From Candidatus Heimdallarchaeota archaeon (GTDB taxonomy: Archaea; Asgardarchaeota; Heimdallarchaeia; Heimdallarchaeales; Heimdallarchaeaceae), in contig JAEOSZ010000071.1 of the NCBI GenBank assembly GCA_016840095.1, positions 1 through 12,503 on the forward strand: a stretch of 12,503 bases of DNA. The letters are read 5' to 3'. Shown here piece by piece: positions 5,429-12,503 of the stretch. The translations under genes were made by a program, and so were the position numbers. How positions within the stretch are numbered: position 1 is the first letter of the stretch; each line of letters starts with the position of its first letter. The notes under the pieces were generated by a model. It had not been told where the DNA came from, did no database searches, and saw nothing but the letters and a program-made list of their open reading frames with translations.

Positions 5429-7798
5429 CTATTCGAGTTCAGCTACAACCGCATCTGTGAAGGATCTAAATTTGAGTCCAAGCATCATTGAACCTTCGAA
5501 TTTGATTTCTTTAGCCATATATGCTGAAGCAGTATTCACTGTTCCCATGAATATTCCACTAGCAATTGAAGAATCCATCCAAATGCTTACCTTTGGTTGT
5601 TCAAGCTTACCTTCTCCAGTAGAGAATTGGCCATTTTCAACTTTTATGTAATAGTATTTTTCATCTCCAATTGAAATCTGAAACTCGAATTTGGCTTTTT
5701 TGTTCTTTTTCTGTATTTTTTCGTTTTCGTTACATATCTGAGCCAACAGACTCAAATACTCAGGTATATCGTCATTAGTGAATGTACGTCGCTTAATCTT
5801 TATTTTCACCAAAGATTTTAAATCCCCATCTTTTATTTCCTCTTCGTCACCATACAAAAGATCTGCTTCTGGAGATTCAACAATAAGAGCTAAATCGTAT
5901 CCTTCTTGAATAGATTCAAGTATCTTTCGAGGATGAACTTCTTTACAATCCCCTATTTTGAAAATTTTCTCAAGTTTCCCTTTAGATATTTCTTCTGCTT
6001 CAGTCGTGGGTTTTGTTGAAGTTACTATAAGTTCATCAAATTCAATTGTCAGTTTTTCATCTTTATGTTCTACCAATATCTTGTTTCCGGTAATTCCTTC
6101 AATATCAGCTTCTAACATAATTTTGATTTTGTCGTCTTCCTCGATGGTGGGTAGTATTTCTCTAGCAACAAGTGAGTAGACATCTGTTCCGAGTCTTTTC
6201 TTATCGGTGATTATCGTTACTTCCTTATTTGCGCAAGATAGGTATTCTGCAACTTCAATACCTATCATGTCTCCACCAAGAACCACTATCTTTTGATCTT
6301 TTGGAATTTTTCCATCAAAAATGTCTGAGTAATATGTATATTTACTATTACTAATTCCTTCTATAACTGGAGCTGCTGGAGTTATGCCTGTAGCTAAAAC
6401 TAGAGCATCAGGTTCGTATTCTTGAAGAATTTCCTCTGAGAAAGGGGTGTCTAACTGAATATCTATCTTATATCTATCTATGATATGTTTATAGTATTCT
6501 ATGAGATTTTTAACTTCCTTTTTCATAGGTGCTATACTTGCATACTTAAGTGATCCACCAATTGAAGGCTCTTTTTCAACAATTTTTATTTCATGTCCTC
6601 TGTGTGAAGCAACGCGTGCAAACTCTAATCCAGCTGGACCACTCCCCACAACTAGAATTTTCATTTTGTTATCTGCTTTTTGAAGGTCCTCATCTGAACC
6701 AATGAGATTTGGATTGATTGCACAAAGTACTTGTTGTTCTGTCATAATCTGATTAAGACAAGTATTGCACCCTATACAAGTTCGAATTGTGTCTTCTTTT
6801 CCTTCTTTTACTTTGTTAGGAAACTCATGATCTGCAATTACAGCTCGCCCAATACTAACCAAATCTGCTTTATTTTCTTGGAGAATTTCTTCTGCAACAT
6901 CAGATGTTGTAATTCTTCCTACTACAGCAACTGTAGTGTGGTCTAGAGCTTCCTTGACTAGATTTGCGTTATCTACGAAACATCCTCTAGGGTAGTTCAT
7001 ATAGGGAACAACAGGAAAGCGAGGACTGTCAAAAACACCGCCAGTAATGTTGATTAAATCAACTCCTTCCTTCTCTAAAATCTTAGCAATTTGGATAACA
7101 TCAGAAACATCTAAACCTTCAGGAATGTAGTCGTTACCGTTCAATCTGAATCCTATAATGAATTCTTCTCCACACTTCTTTCTTACCTCCTTAATAACTT
7201 CAACAGCGAGTCTAGTCCTGTTTTCAAAGGATTGACCTCCATATTCATCTTCACGTTTATTTGTTCTCAATGAGAAGAATTGATTAAGCAAGTACCCATG
7301 TCCTGCGTGAATTTCTACACCATCAAAACCAGCTTTTTTAGCTCTTAAACAAGCCTCTCCATATTCCTTAACCATTTTGGAGATTTGTTTTTTTGTTAAT
7401 GGTACAGGTGTTTCTCCAGACATATCAAAAGGTATAGCAGAAGGAGCAACAGCTTGAAGACCAATCATAAAAGAAGAAGCTTGAGCACCAGCATGATAAA
7501 TTTGTATAAGGGCACGAGCACCATGTTTCTTAATAGCATTTACTAACTCTTTGAATTTGCCAATTCTTTTATTGCTATCAATGCTCAACATTGTTGATGT
7601 ACCGGCACCTATTTTGTCGAAGTATGCTCCTTCAACAATAATTAATCCAACTCCTCCCTTTGCTCGCAATTCATAATAATCAATAAGTTTGTCGGGAACA
7701 TTTCCTTCTTCATCACCAAAATTTGTATCCATTCCAGGCATGATGATTCTGTTCTTTATTGTGGTTTGATTGATTTTATAAGGTTCAAATAGTTTCAT
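5429..7798 (-). CDS. NADH:flavin oxidoreductase (OYE / BaiCD / dienoyl-CoA reductase-like; FMN + 4Fe-4S + FAD) with C-terminal SCP2 sterol-carrier domain
   Basis: TIM-barrel motifs (KNRIIMPGM, RAKGGVGLII, GFDGVEIHAGHGYLLNQF), CIGCNTC-x11-C Fe-S motif, VVGSGPAGLE Rossmann motif and an SCP2-like tail. Start moved to ATG 7798 (MKLFEP), with AGGTG SD at 7810-7806. Confidence 0.9.
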   Translation of the reverse strand: MKLFEPYKINQTTIKNRIIMPGMDTNFGDEEGNVPDKLIDYYELRAKGGVGLIIVEGAYFDKIGAGTSTMLSIDSNKRIGKFKELVNAIKKHGARALIQIYHAGAQASSFMIGLQAVAPSAIPFDMSGETPVPLTKKQISKMVKEYGEACLRAKKAGFDGVEIHAGHGYLLNQFFSLRTNKREDEYGGQSFENRTRLAVEVIKEVRKKCGEEFIIGFRLNGNDYIPEGLDVSDVIQIAKILEKEGVDLINITGGVFDSPRFPVVPYMNYPRGCFVDNANLVKEALDHTTVAVVGRITTSDVAEEILQENKADLVSIGRAVIADHEFPNKVKEGKEDTIRTCIGCNTCLNQIMTEQQVLCAINPNLIGSDEDLQKADNKMKILVVGSGPAGLEFARVASHRGHEIKIVEKEPSIGGSLKYASIAPMKKEVKNLIEYYKHIIDRYKIDIQLDTPFSEEILQEYEPDALVLATGITPAAPVIEGISNSKYTYYSDIFDGKIPKDQKIVVLGGDMIGIEVAEYLSCANKEVTIITDKKRLGTDVYSLVAREILPTIEEDDKIKIMLEADIEGITGNKILVEHKDEKLTIEFDELIVTSTKPTTEAEEISKGKLEKIFKIGDCKEVHPRKILESIQEGYDLALIVESPEADLLYGDEEEIKDGDLKSLVKIKIKRRTFTNDDIPEYLSLLAQICNENEKIQKKNKKAKFEFQISIGDEKYYYIKVENGQFSTGEGKLEQPKVSIWMDSSIASGIFMGTVNTASAYMAKEIKFEGSMMLGLKFRSFTDAVVAELE

Positions 7799-7864
7799 AT
7801 TATAGCACCTAATACAACAGATAGTAGAAATCAAGTTGATTAAAAATATTTGTTGACATCTGCC

Positions 7865-7891
7865 TTGAACAAGATTAAAGTATCTGTTCAA
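7865..7891. promoter_or_regulatory. Inverted repeat TTGAACA-N13-TGTTCAA bracketing a TATA-like TTAAAGTA in a divergent intergenic region
   Basis: Arms at 7865-7871 and 7885-7891; TATA-like element at 7875-7882, about 30 nt before ATG 7911. Confidence 0.4.
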
Positions 7892-7910
7892 TATAGAAAA
7901 CAGGATAGTA

Positions 7911-8975
7911 ATGGTTCAAGAAATTCCTCTTTTCAAGAAATATCCAAAACTAAAAACTATTCCCTGGGTTTCAGTAGTTAATACACCTACACCAATACAT
8001 AGAATGGAAGAAGCAAGTAGAGAGTTAGATCATAAAGAGATTTGGGTTAAGAGAGATGACCTATCTCATGATGTTTATGGGGGAAACAAACCACGAAAGT
8101 ATGAATTTGTTTTTGCTGAGATATTAAGGAAGAAGAAAAAGAGGATTTTTACACAAGGAGCAATAGGAACAAATCATGGTTTAGCAACAACGATTCATGC
8201 GAAGAGATTTGGATTAGAGACGCATCTATTTTTAACTGAACAAGAACCATCTCAAATTGTATTGGAAAACCTTCTTTGTCATAATTACTTCGGCGCAAAA
8301 CTGAATCTTATGAAAAGCAAACGTCAAAGAAGACGTAGAATAAGAACAAAATTGTTTTTCGATAATTCTGCATACTTCGTTGTTACAGGTGCGAGTTCCC
8401 CTCTAGGAACATTGGGATTTGTTAATGCTGCTTTTGAACTAAAAGAACAAATTGACAAAAAAGAAATTCCTGAACCAGATAAATTATTCATAACTGTTGG
8501 TTCCCTTGCAACTTGTGCGGGTATAGTGTTAGGCTTGGAACTAGCACAATTAAAAACACAAGTTGTAGGAATTGGAGTAACTGACCCTTCTTGGAGTTCT
8601 AAGAAAGCAACTATAGAGCTTGCAAATAAAGCGTTAGGGTTAATGAGAAGGAAAGACCCATCTATACCTGTAGTCTCAAAGAAACTAGAAAAAAGATTGA
8701 TTGTAGATCATTCGTATTTCGGTGAAAAATATGGCGCTTCTACAGAAAAAGCGCTTGAAGCAATTAGGATAGCAAGTAGAGATGATTTAAAACTTGAACA
8801 CGTATATACTGGAAAAACACTAAGCGGTCTCATAGACTATATTCGTAAAGGAAAGATCAATAAAGATGAGGTAGTCGTTTTTTGGAACTCTAAAAGTTCC
8901 GCTGATTTGACTTCTTATTCTGAAAAAGTCAATTATAAAGATTTACCAAATGAGTTTCACAAATTCTTCGAATGA
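7911..8975 (+). CDS. PLP-dependent D-cysteine desulfhydrase / ACC deaminase family enzyme
   Basis: WVKRDD, GGNKPRK (PLP lysine), TNHG and VYTGK. Thr rather than Glu in VY[T/E]GK points to the D-cysteine desulfhydrase side rather than a true ACC deaminase. Confidence 0.88.
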   Translation: MVQEIPLFKKYPKLKTIPWVSVVNTPTPIHRMEEASRELDHKEIWVKRDDLSHDVYGGNKPRKYEFVFAEILRKKKKRIFTQGAIGTNHGLATTIHAKRFGLETHLFLTEQEPSQIVLENLLCHNYFGAKLNLMKSKRQRRRRIRTKLFFDNSAYFVVTGASSPLGTLGFVNAAFELKEQIDKKEIPEPDKLFITVGSLATCAGIVLGLELAQLKTQVVGIGVTDPSWSSKKATIELANKALGLMRRKDPSIPVVSKKLEKRLIVDHSYFGEKYGASTEKALEAIRIASRDDLKLEHVYTGKTLSGLIDYIRKGKINKDEVVVFWNSKSSADLTSYSEKVNYKDLPNEFHKFFE

Positions 8976-9148
8976 TGAGATTTAGTGTTCATAAAAACAC
9001 CCTGTTGTATCAGCTTTTCTATGATGATTTAAATAATTCTCCCAATCCTCTCTTTTTACTTCATGAATATTAATATACTCTTCTCCCTCCTACCAATTTC
9101 CTCGAAAAGAGATTTAAGTGAGAATTCCTTTAAATTTGCTTGAGAAAT

Positions 9149-9913
9149 ATGCTTATTGAAGATATGAAGTTCTTTGTAGAAAAAGTTCCTATACTGAGAA
9201 AACCATTATTTGCTATCTTAACAATTCTATATTCTTTTGGAATAATAGCGGCGATGGTGTTGTTTTTCTATTTCATTAACAGGATTGAATGGTGGGGACC
9301 ACTAGTATCTCAAGGAATAATTACTATATTTGTAACAATGATTGGTCTTATTCATTTCATATTTGCTCCTAGATTTAGAAAGAATTATGGTGATCTTGCT
9401 TATCAGAGATTCTTCTATATCTTTATGTTGCCATATCTTTTTACATGGTATGGCTGCTTCTTTCATCCAGCTTTCATTCAGTGGGATGATAAGCTTCTTC
9501 CAATTTGGGCTCAAGTTACACTAGCTGCTTTCTGCGTACTTGTTATGATATTAACCAATTTACAAATTGACAAAGCAGGATTTTCAGTTGTTACACATGG
9601 CATGGATGTTTTTTCTGTATTTCCAGAAGAAACAACAATAGTTAGAGGAAAAATCTACTCTTTCATCAGACACCCACTTCATTTCTCCTTATTGATGGGA
9701 GGATTTGCTATGGGATTCATAAGCAATACTTGGGTGGGTTTGGTTATATCTACTTTCCAACTGGTTCCAAGTATTATTATAGGTTTAAGGGAAGACAGAG
9801 AACTAATAGCTCGCAGTGGAGATGACCATAAGGAGTATATTAAGCAAACAGCTCTTCTATTTCCGATTCGAAAACTAATAGGCTTTCTGAAGTTGCTCTT
9901 TTTAGGAAAATAA
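9149..9913 (+). CDS. Integral membrane SAM-dependent methyltransferase, ICMT/PEMT/MddA-like
   Basis: Multiple hydrophobic segments; C-terminal GKIYSFIRHPLH and REDRELIARSGDDHKEY...LFP resemble the family motifs G.Y..IRHP.Y and EE..L...G..Y..Y.....P. Start uncertain (TTG 9140, ATG 9149 or ATG 9164). Confidence 0.7.
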   Translation: MLIEDMKFFVEKVPILRKPLFAILTILYSFGIIAAMVLFFYFINRIEWWGPLVSQGIITIFVTMIGLIHFIFAPRFRKNYGDLAYQRFFYIFMLPYLFTWYGCFFHPAFIQWDDKLLPIWAQVTLAAFCVLVMILTNLQIDKAGFSVVTHGMDVFSVFPEETTIVRGKIYSFIRHPLHFSLLMGGFAMGFISNTWVGLVISTFQLVPSIIIGLREDRELIARSGDDHKEYIKQTALLFPIRKLIGFLKLLFLGK

Positions 9914-10062
9914 AGGGTATCTTATTGTAAGGTAATCATTACTTTCTAGGAACCTAGTATTCAAGAAGGGAGACAATACAAGAAGGTAGATGTATGAATG
10001 AAAAAAAGAGCTAGGAGTAGAAATTATGGAAAAACATAATAGAAGCAAATCAAATGTAACCT

Positions 10063-10527
10063 ATGGAATCTCTGGGTAGATTGGAATCTATCTGTCACTC
10101 AGGATCTGAAGAAGCTCTAGACGTTTCAAAAAAAAGAGATGTTGTTAATGTATTAAAGGTAATATCTCTGATTTTTAATGGATTAACTGGTTATGCTGCT
10201 TTTGGATTTTTTGGAGCGTTTTGGTCGTTAATTGATCCCGATTACCAAGCTCTACTATCTCAAATGGCAGTGATAGGCTATATCTGCACAGGTTTTGCAA
10301 TTCTAACAATTGTGTTAAGTCTTATTTTTAAGAAAAATGAGTTTGTGTTTATTACTCTCTCATTTTCAACAGCTATATTTGGTTCATTTCAATTCGTTGT
10401 ATTTGCAATCTCTCCTTTTAGACATGGTTTACGTGGACATTTCCAATACAGTATTACTTTGGTTCTAAGTTTGATAATATTGATATTAACATACGTATAC
10501 ATTGCTGAATCAAGAAAAAAGAAATGA
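10063..10527 (+). CDS. Hypothetical membrane protein (about 4 TM), start uncertain, 5' end possibly degraded
   Basis: Four hydrophobic segments and a basic C-terminus (SRKKK). The best SD (AGGAG 10013-10017) belongs to an out-of-frame ATG at 10026. Confidence 0.55.
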   Translation: MESLGRLESICHSGSEEALDVSKKRDVVNVLKVISLIFNGLTGYAAFGFFGAFWSLIDPDYQALLSQMAVIGYICTGFAILTIVLSLIFKKNEFVFITLSFSTAIFGSFQFVVFAISPFRHGLRGHFQYSITLVLSLIILILTYVYIAESRKKK

Positions 10528-10536
10528 GAATATACT

Positions 10537-11112
10537 CTATGATGTTGTTGCTATCGATTTCCAGGCAATCTCGTATGCATTGATTATTTCTTTTTCTGTC
10601 ATTATCAGAACATCGTTAAAATGTAACCTAAGTAGAGTTATTATGGGGATAAATGCAAATGAAATTAACAATGGAATTGGAAGATTTCGAATTATTGTAT
10701 CCTTAATTCCTTTAGTGAGAATTTCAATTGTATAACTGTTTAATTCAAATTCATCAGTTTTAACTTCTTTCATCATTGTGGTTTGTTCAAATTGCTCACG
10801 ATATTGCATATATTCAGGATAGTTGAGATAAAAAGAGAAGGAATTAATCCAAACTGCGTAGAATTGCTCTTTTATAGACATATTTACATCAATGTTCGTG
10901 AGAACAGATTCACTTGCTTTCTTTCTAATGTCATAATAAATTGTAGTTAACAAATCCTCTTTATTCTCGAAGTAAATGTAAATTGTAGCAGGAGAAACAT
11001 TAGCTTCTCTGGCAATTTTAGAAATAGAAATACCAGAAAAACTTAATTTGTTAGTTAGGTTTATTGTTGATTTCACAATGGCATCATATTTCTTCTGATC
11101 CCGTGTTCTCAT
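10537..11112 (-). CDS. TetR/AcrR family transcriptional regulator
   Basis: N-terminal HTH ISISKIAREANVSPATIYIYFENKEDLL; 191 aa. Confidence 0.95.
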   Translation of the reverse strand: MRTRDQKKYDAIVKSTINLTNKLSFSGISISKIAREANVSPATIYIYFENKEDLLTTIYYDIRKKASESVLTNIDVNMSIKEQFYAVWINSFSFYLNYPEYMQYREQFEQTTMMKEVKTDEFELNSYTIEILTKGIKDTIIRNLPIPLLISFAFIPIITLLRLHFNDVLIMTEKEIINAYEIAWKSIATTS

Positions 11113-11118
11113 ATTTCA

Positions 11119-11143
11119 TAAGTAAACATTCATTCATTTAAAT
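11119..11143 (-). promoter_or_regulatory. tetR promoter: TATA (ATTTAAA) plus putative TetR operator copy 1
   Basis: Minus strand TTTAAATGAATGAATGTTTACTTA lies just upstream of ATG 11112 and is 19/21 identical to the site at 11193-11213. Confidence 0.75.
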
Positions 11144-11181
11144 CTTATTTTACGTTAGATGTGCTGCTAAGAGTTCTGATA

Positions 11182-11213
11182 GAAAAGTATAAAAATGAAT
11201 GAATGTTCATTTA
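11182..11213 (+). promoter_or_regulatory. MBL hydrolase promoter: BRE-TATA (GAAAAG-TATAAAA) plus putative TetR operator copy 2
   Basis: AAATGAATGAATGTTCATTTA at 11193-11213, with palindromic core AATGAA-TG-TTCATT at 11198-11211, sits between the TATA and ATG 11217. Confidence 0.75.
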
Positions 11214-11216
11214 ATT

Positions 11217-11903
11217 ATGGTTGCACAACAGTTCAACATTCCTGACTTTGTTTCAATTATAGATTTAGAAAAGGTTAATTGCTATCTTATTGAAACAGAA
11301 CAAGGTTTTATCCTAATTGATACAGGTTTCAGTAAGAGTAGATTAATTATAGATGAGTTTCTGTCAAATAAAGGAATAACAAGTGAAAATCAGAAACTGC
11401 AACTCATACTTCTCACACATGGCGATTTTGATCACACTGGAAATGCAAGATATCTAAAAGAGAAATATAATTCGAAAATCGCTTTACATAATGACGATAT
11501 AGGTATGGTTGAACATGGTGATATCAGCTGGAATCGTAATATGAATGCATTTATGCGAATTCTAGGAAAACTAATGACTTTTATTTTAAAAATGCAATTG
11601 AAAAAGAAAGACAGATTTTTACCAGACATAATACTTGAAAATGAACAAAGACTTGATGAATATGGTTTATCTGCTGAAATTGTTACCTTACCAGGTCATT
11701 CTAAAGGATCTGTAGGGATCCTAACAGAAGATGGACATTTCTTCTGTGGTGATATTCTCGAGAACACAAAACAACCAGGTCCTGCAAGCATGGTGTCTGA
11801 TAACAAGGAAATGGAAGAAAGCATTGAAAAAATAAAATCATTGGAGTTCAACTATGTCTATCCAGGTCATGGTAAGCCATTTGAGAAGAAATCACTTCTA
11901 TGA
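11217..11903 (+). CDS. MBL-fold metallo-hydrolase (glyoxalase II-like superfamily)
   Basis: VNCYLI, LIDTG, THGDFDHTG, PGHSKGS, CGD and YPGHG motifs. Start moved to ATG 11217 because ATG 11199 lies inside the operator and the TATA is 23-29 nt upstream of 11217. Confidence 0.9.
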   Translation: MVAQQFNIPDFVSIIDLEKVNCYLIETEQGFILIDTGFSKSRLIIDEFLSNKGITSENQKLQLILLTHGDFDHTGNARYLKEKYNSKIALHNDDIGMVEHGDISWNRNMNAFMRILGKLMTFILKMQLKKKDRFLPDIILENEQRLDEYGLSAEIVTLPGHSKGSVGILTEDGHFFCGDILENTKQPGPASMVSDNKEMEESIEKIKSLEFNYVYPGHGKPFEKKSLL

Positions 11904-12503
11904 AAATCCCCTGTTTCTGTTAAAAACTAAACTCTTTACAGTTACTGGGAAAGTTTGACCTGAATAAAGTGGTGCTCCTATATCTATCCAATCTCCTTCT
12001 TCTAATTCTAATTCATCCATACAAATTAGATTTTCCTGTAAAGCTGTATCTCTACGAAGAGCAATACCTAGAGATCCTCCCATATCTTGATCAAAGATAA
12101 ATATCACCAGTTTATTGTTAGAAACAGAATTTGGTAAAGCATCTACAATTGCTTGAGCAAAATCAGTAAGATAGAAGTTGTTTCGGTAAATTGGATCTTT
12201 GAAGTATAGAGCAACTAAATCCTCTCCTTCCTTCATATCAAATCGTCTGAACGCCTTATTGATTTCCGTCTTTAGTTTCTCAGGGCTGTAGTTCTCTTTT
12301 CGAATATTTACATTGATAACGGGAATGTTTTCCAGTGGAAATAAGATACTCTTATCAAAATAGCAAGTGGATCCCGATACTGAAAGAGAAAATGAACCTG
12401 CGCCTATGACTGTTGCTCTAATCTTGTTTTTTGGTTCTACAATTTGTAACTTATGTTTTTTCATTAAAATCTGAATTTCTTCAGCCAGATATACACCTAT
12501 GTC
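11898..12503 (-). CDS. eutA: Ethanolamine ammonia-lyase reactivating factor EutA-like protein, 5'-truncated by window edge
   Basis: Frame is open to the window end (DIGVYLAEEIQILMKKH...). IRATVIGAG..S..VSGST and CMDELELEEGDWIDIGAPL..G..FPVTVKSLVF match the EutA C-terminal region. Overlaps the convergent MBL gene by 6 bp. Confidence 0.85.
   Translation of the reverse strand, partial: DIGVYLAEEIQILMKKHKLQIVEPKNKIRATVIGAGSFSLSVSGSTCYFDKSILFPLENIPVINVNIRKENYSPEKLKTEINKAFRRFDMKEGEDLVALYFKDPIYRNNFYLTDFAQAIVDALPNSVSNNKLVIFIFDQDMGGSLGIALRRDTALQENLICMDELELEEGDWIDIGAPLYSGQTFPVTVKSLVFNRNRGFS

Noticed and set aside
5457-6946. ORFs 5457..5651, 5958..6179, 6501..6683 and 6731..6946 (+)
   Set aside because: Antisense shadows of the flavoenzyme gene with typical Ser/Ile/Phe-rich reverse-frame composition.
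5429-7798. Assigning the gene symbol fadH
   Set aside because: The active-site loop differs from E. coli FadH and the substrate cannot be inferred from sequence.
7911-8975. Calling the PLP enzyme ACC deaminase (acdS)
   Set aside because: It has VYTGK rather than the VYEGK glutamate diagnostic of true ACC deaminases.
8972-9110. Two ATGATGA motifs on the plus strand, and a coding-looking minus-strand stretch (RGNW*EGEEYINIHEVKREDWENYLNHHRK...)
   Set aside because: No D boxes for an sRNA. The peptide has no start and an internal stop and cannot be tied to a family by eye; tblastx would be needed to call a pseudogene remnant.
9932-9986. Short palindromes GTAAT-C-ATTAC and CTAGG-AA-CCTAG, and direct repeat CAAGAAGG x2
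   Set aside because: Too short to exceed chance; no array structure, so not CRISPR or IS ends.
9302-11629. ORFs 9302..9514 (-), 9342..9524 (+), 10502..10735 (+) and 11432..11629 (-)
   Set aside because: They overlap better-supported genes (methyltransferase, tetR, MBL hydrolase) and carry no motifs.

Overview
AT-rich archaeal chromosomal window. It is archaeal from rpl37e, Lsm, Spt5, SecE/Sec61-gamma, the DUF126 gene and TATA-box/leaderless promoters. An Asgard (Heimdallarchaeia-like) origin is my inference only. Left half is mostly core genes: partial DUF126/AcnX small subunit, an unusual 561-aa protein (SNAP/TPR-like solenoid + Ig-like domain + 11/15-residue-repeat coiled coil), tRNA-Ala(GGC), rpl37e (missed by the ORF track), Lsm, a permuted rpl11-secE-spt5 cluster, and a beta-CASP nuclease ending in a PIP-box-like motif. 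Right half is accessory metabolism: an OYE-family flavoenzyme fused to an SCP2 lipid-binding domain, a D-cysteine desulfhydrase-like PLP enzyme, an ICMT/MddA-like membrane methyltransferase, a small membrane protein, a divergent TetR/MBL-hydrolase pair with two visible operators, and the 3' part of an eutA with no eutBC downstream. No CRISPR array, transposase or integrase was seen. The best novelty candidate is the SNAP-like/Ig/coiled-coil protein, a possible membrane-trafficking eukaryotic-signature protein. All family calls come from motif recognition by eye; no database searches were run.
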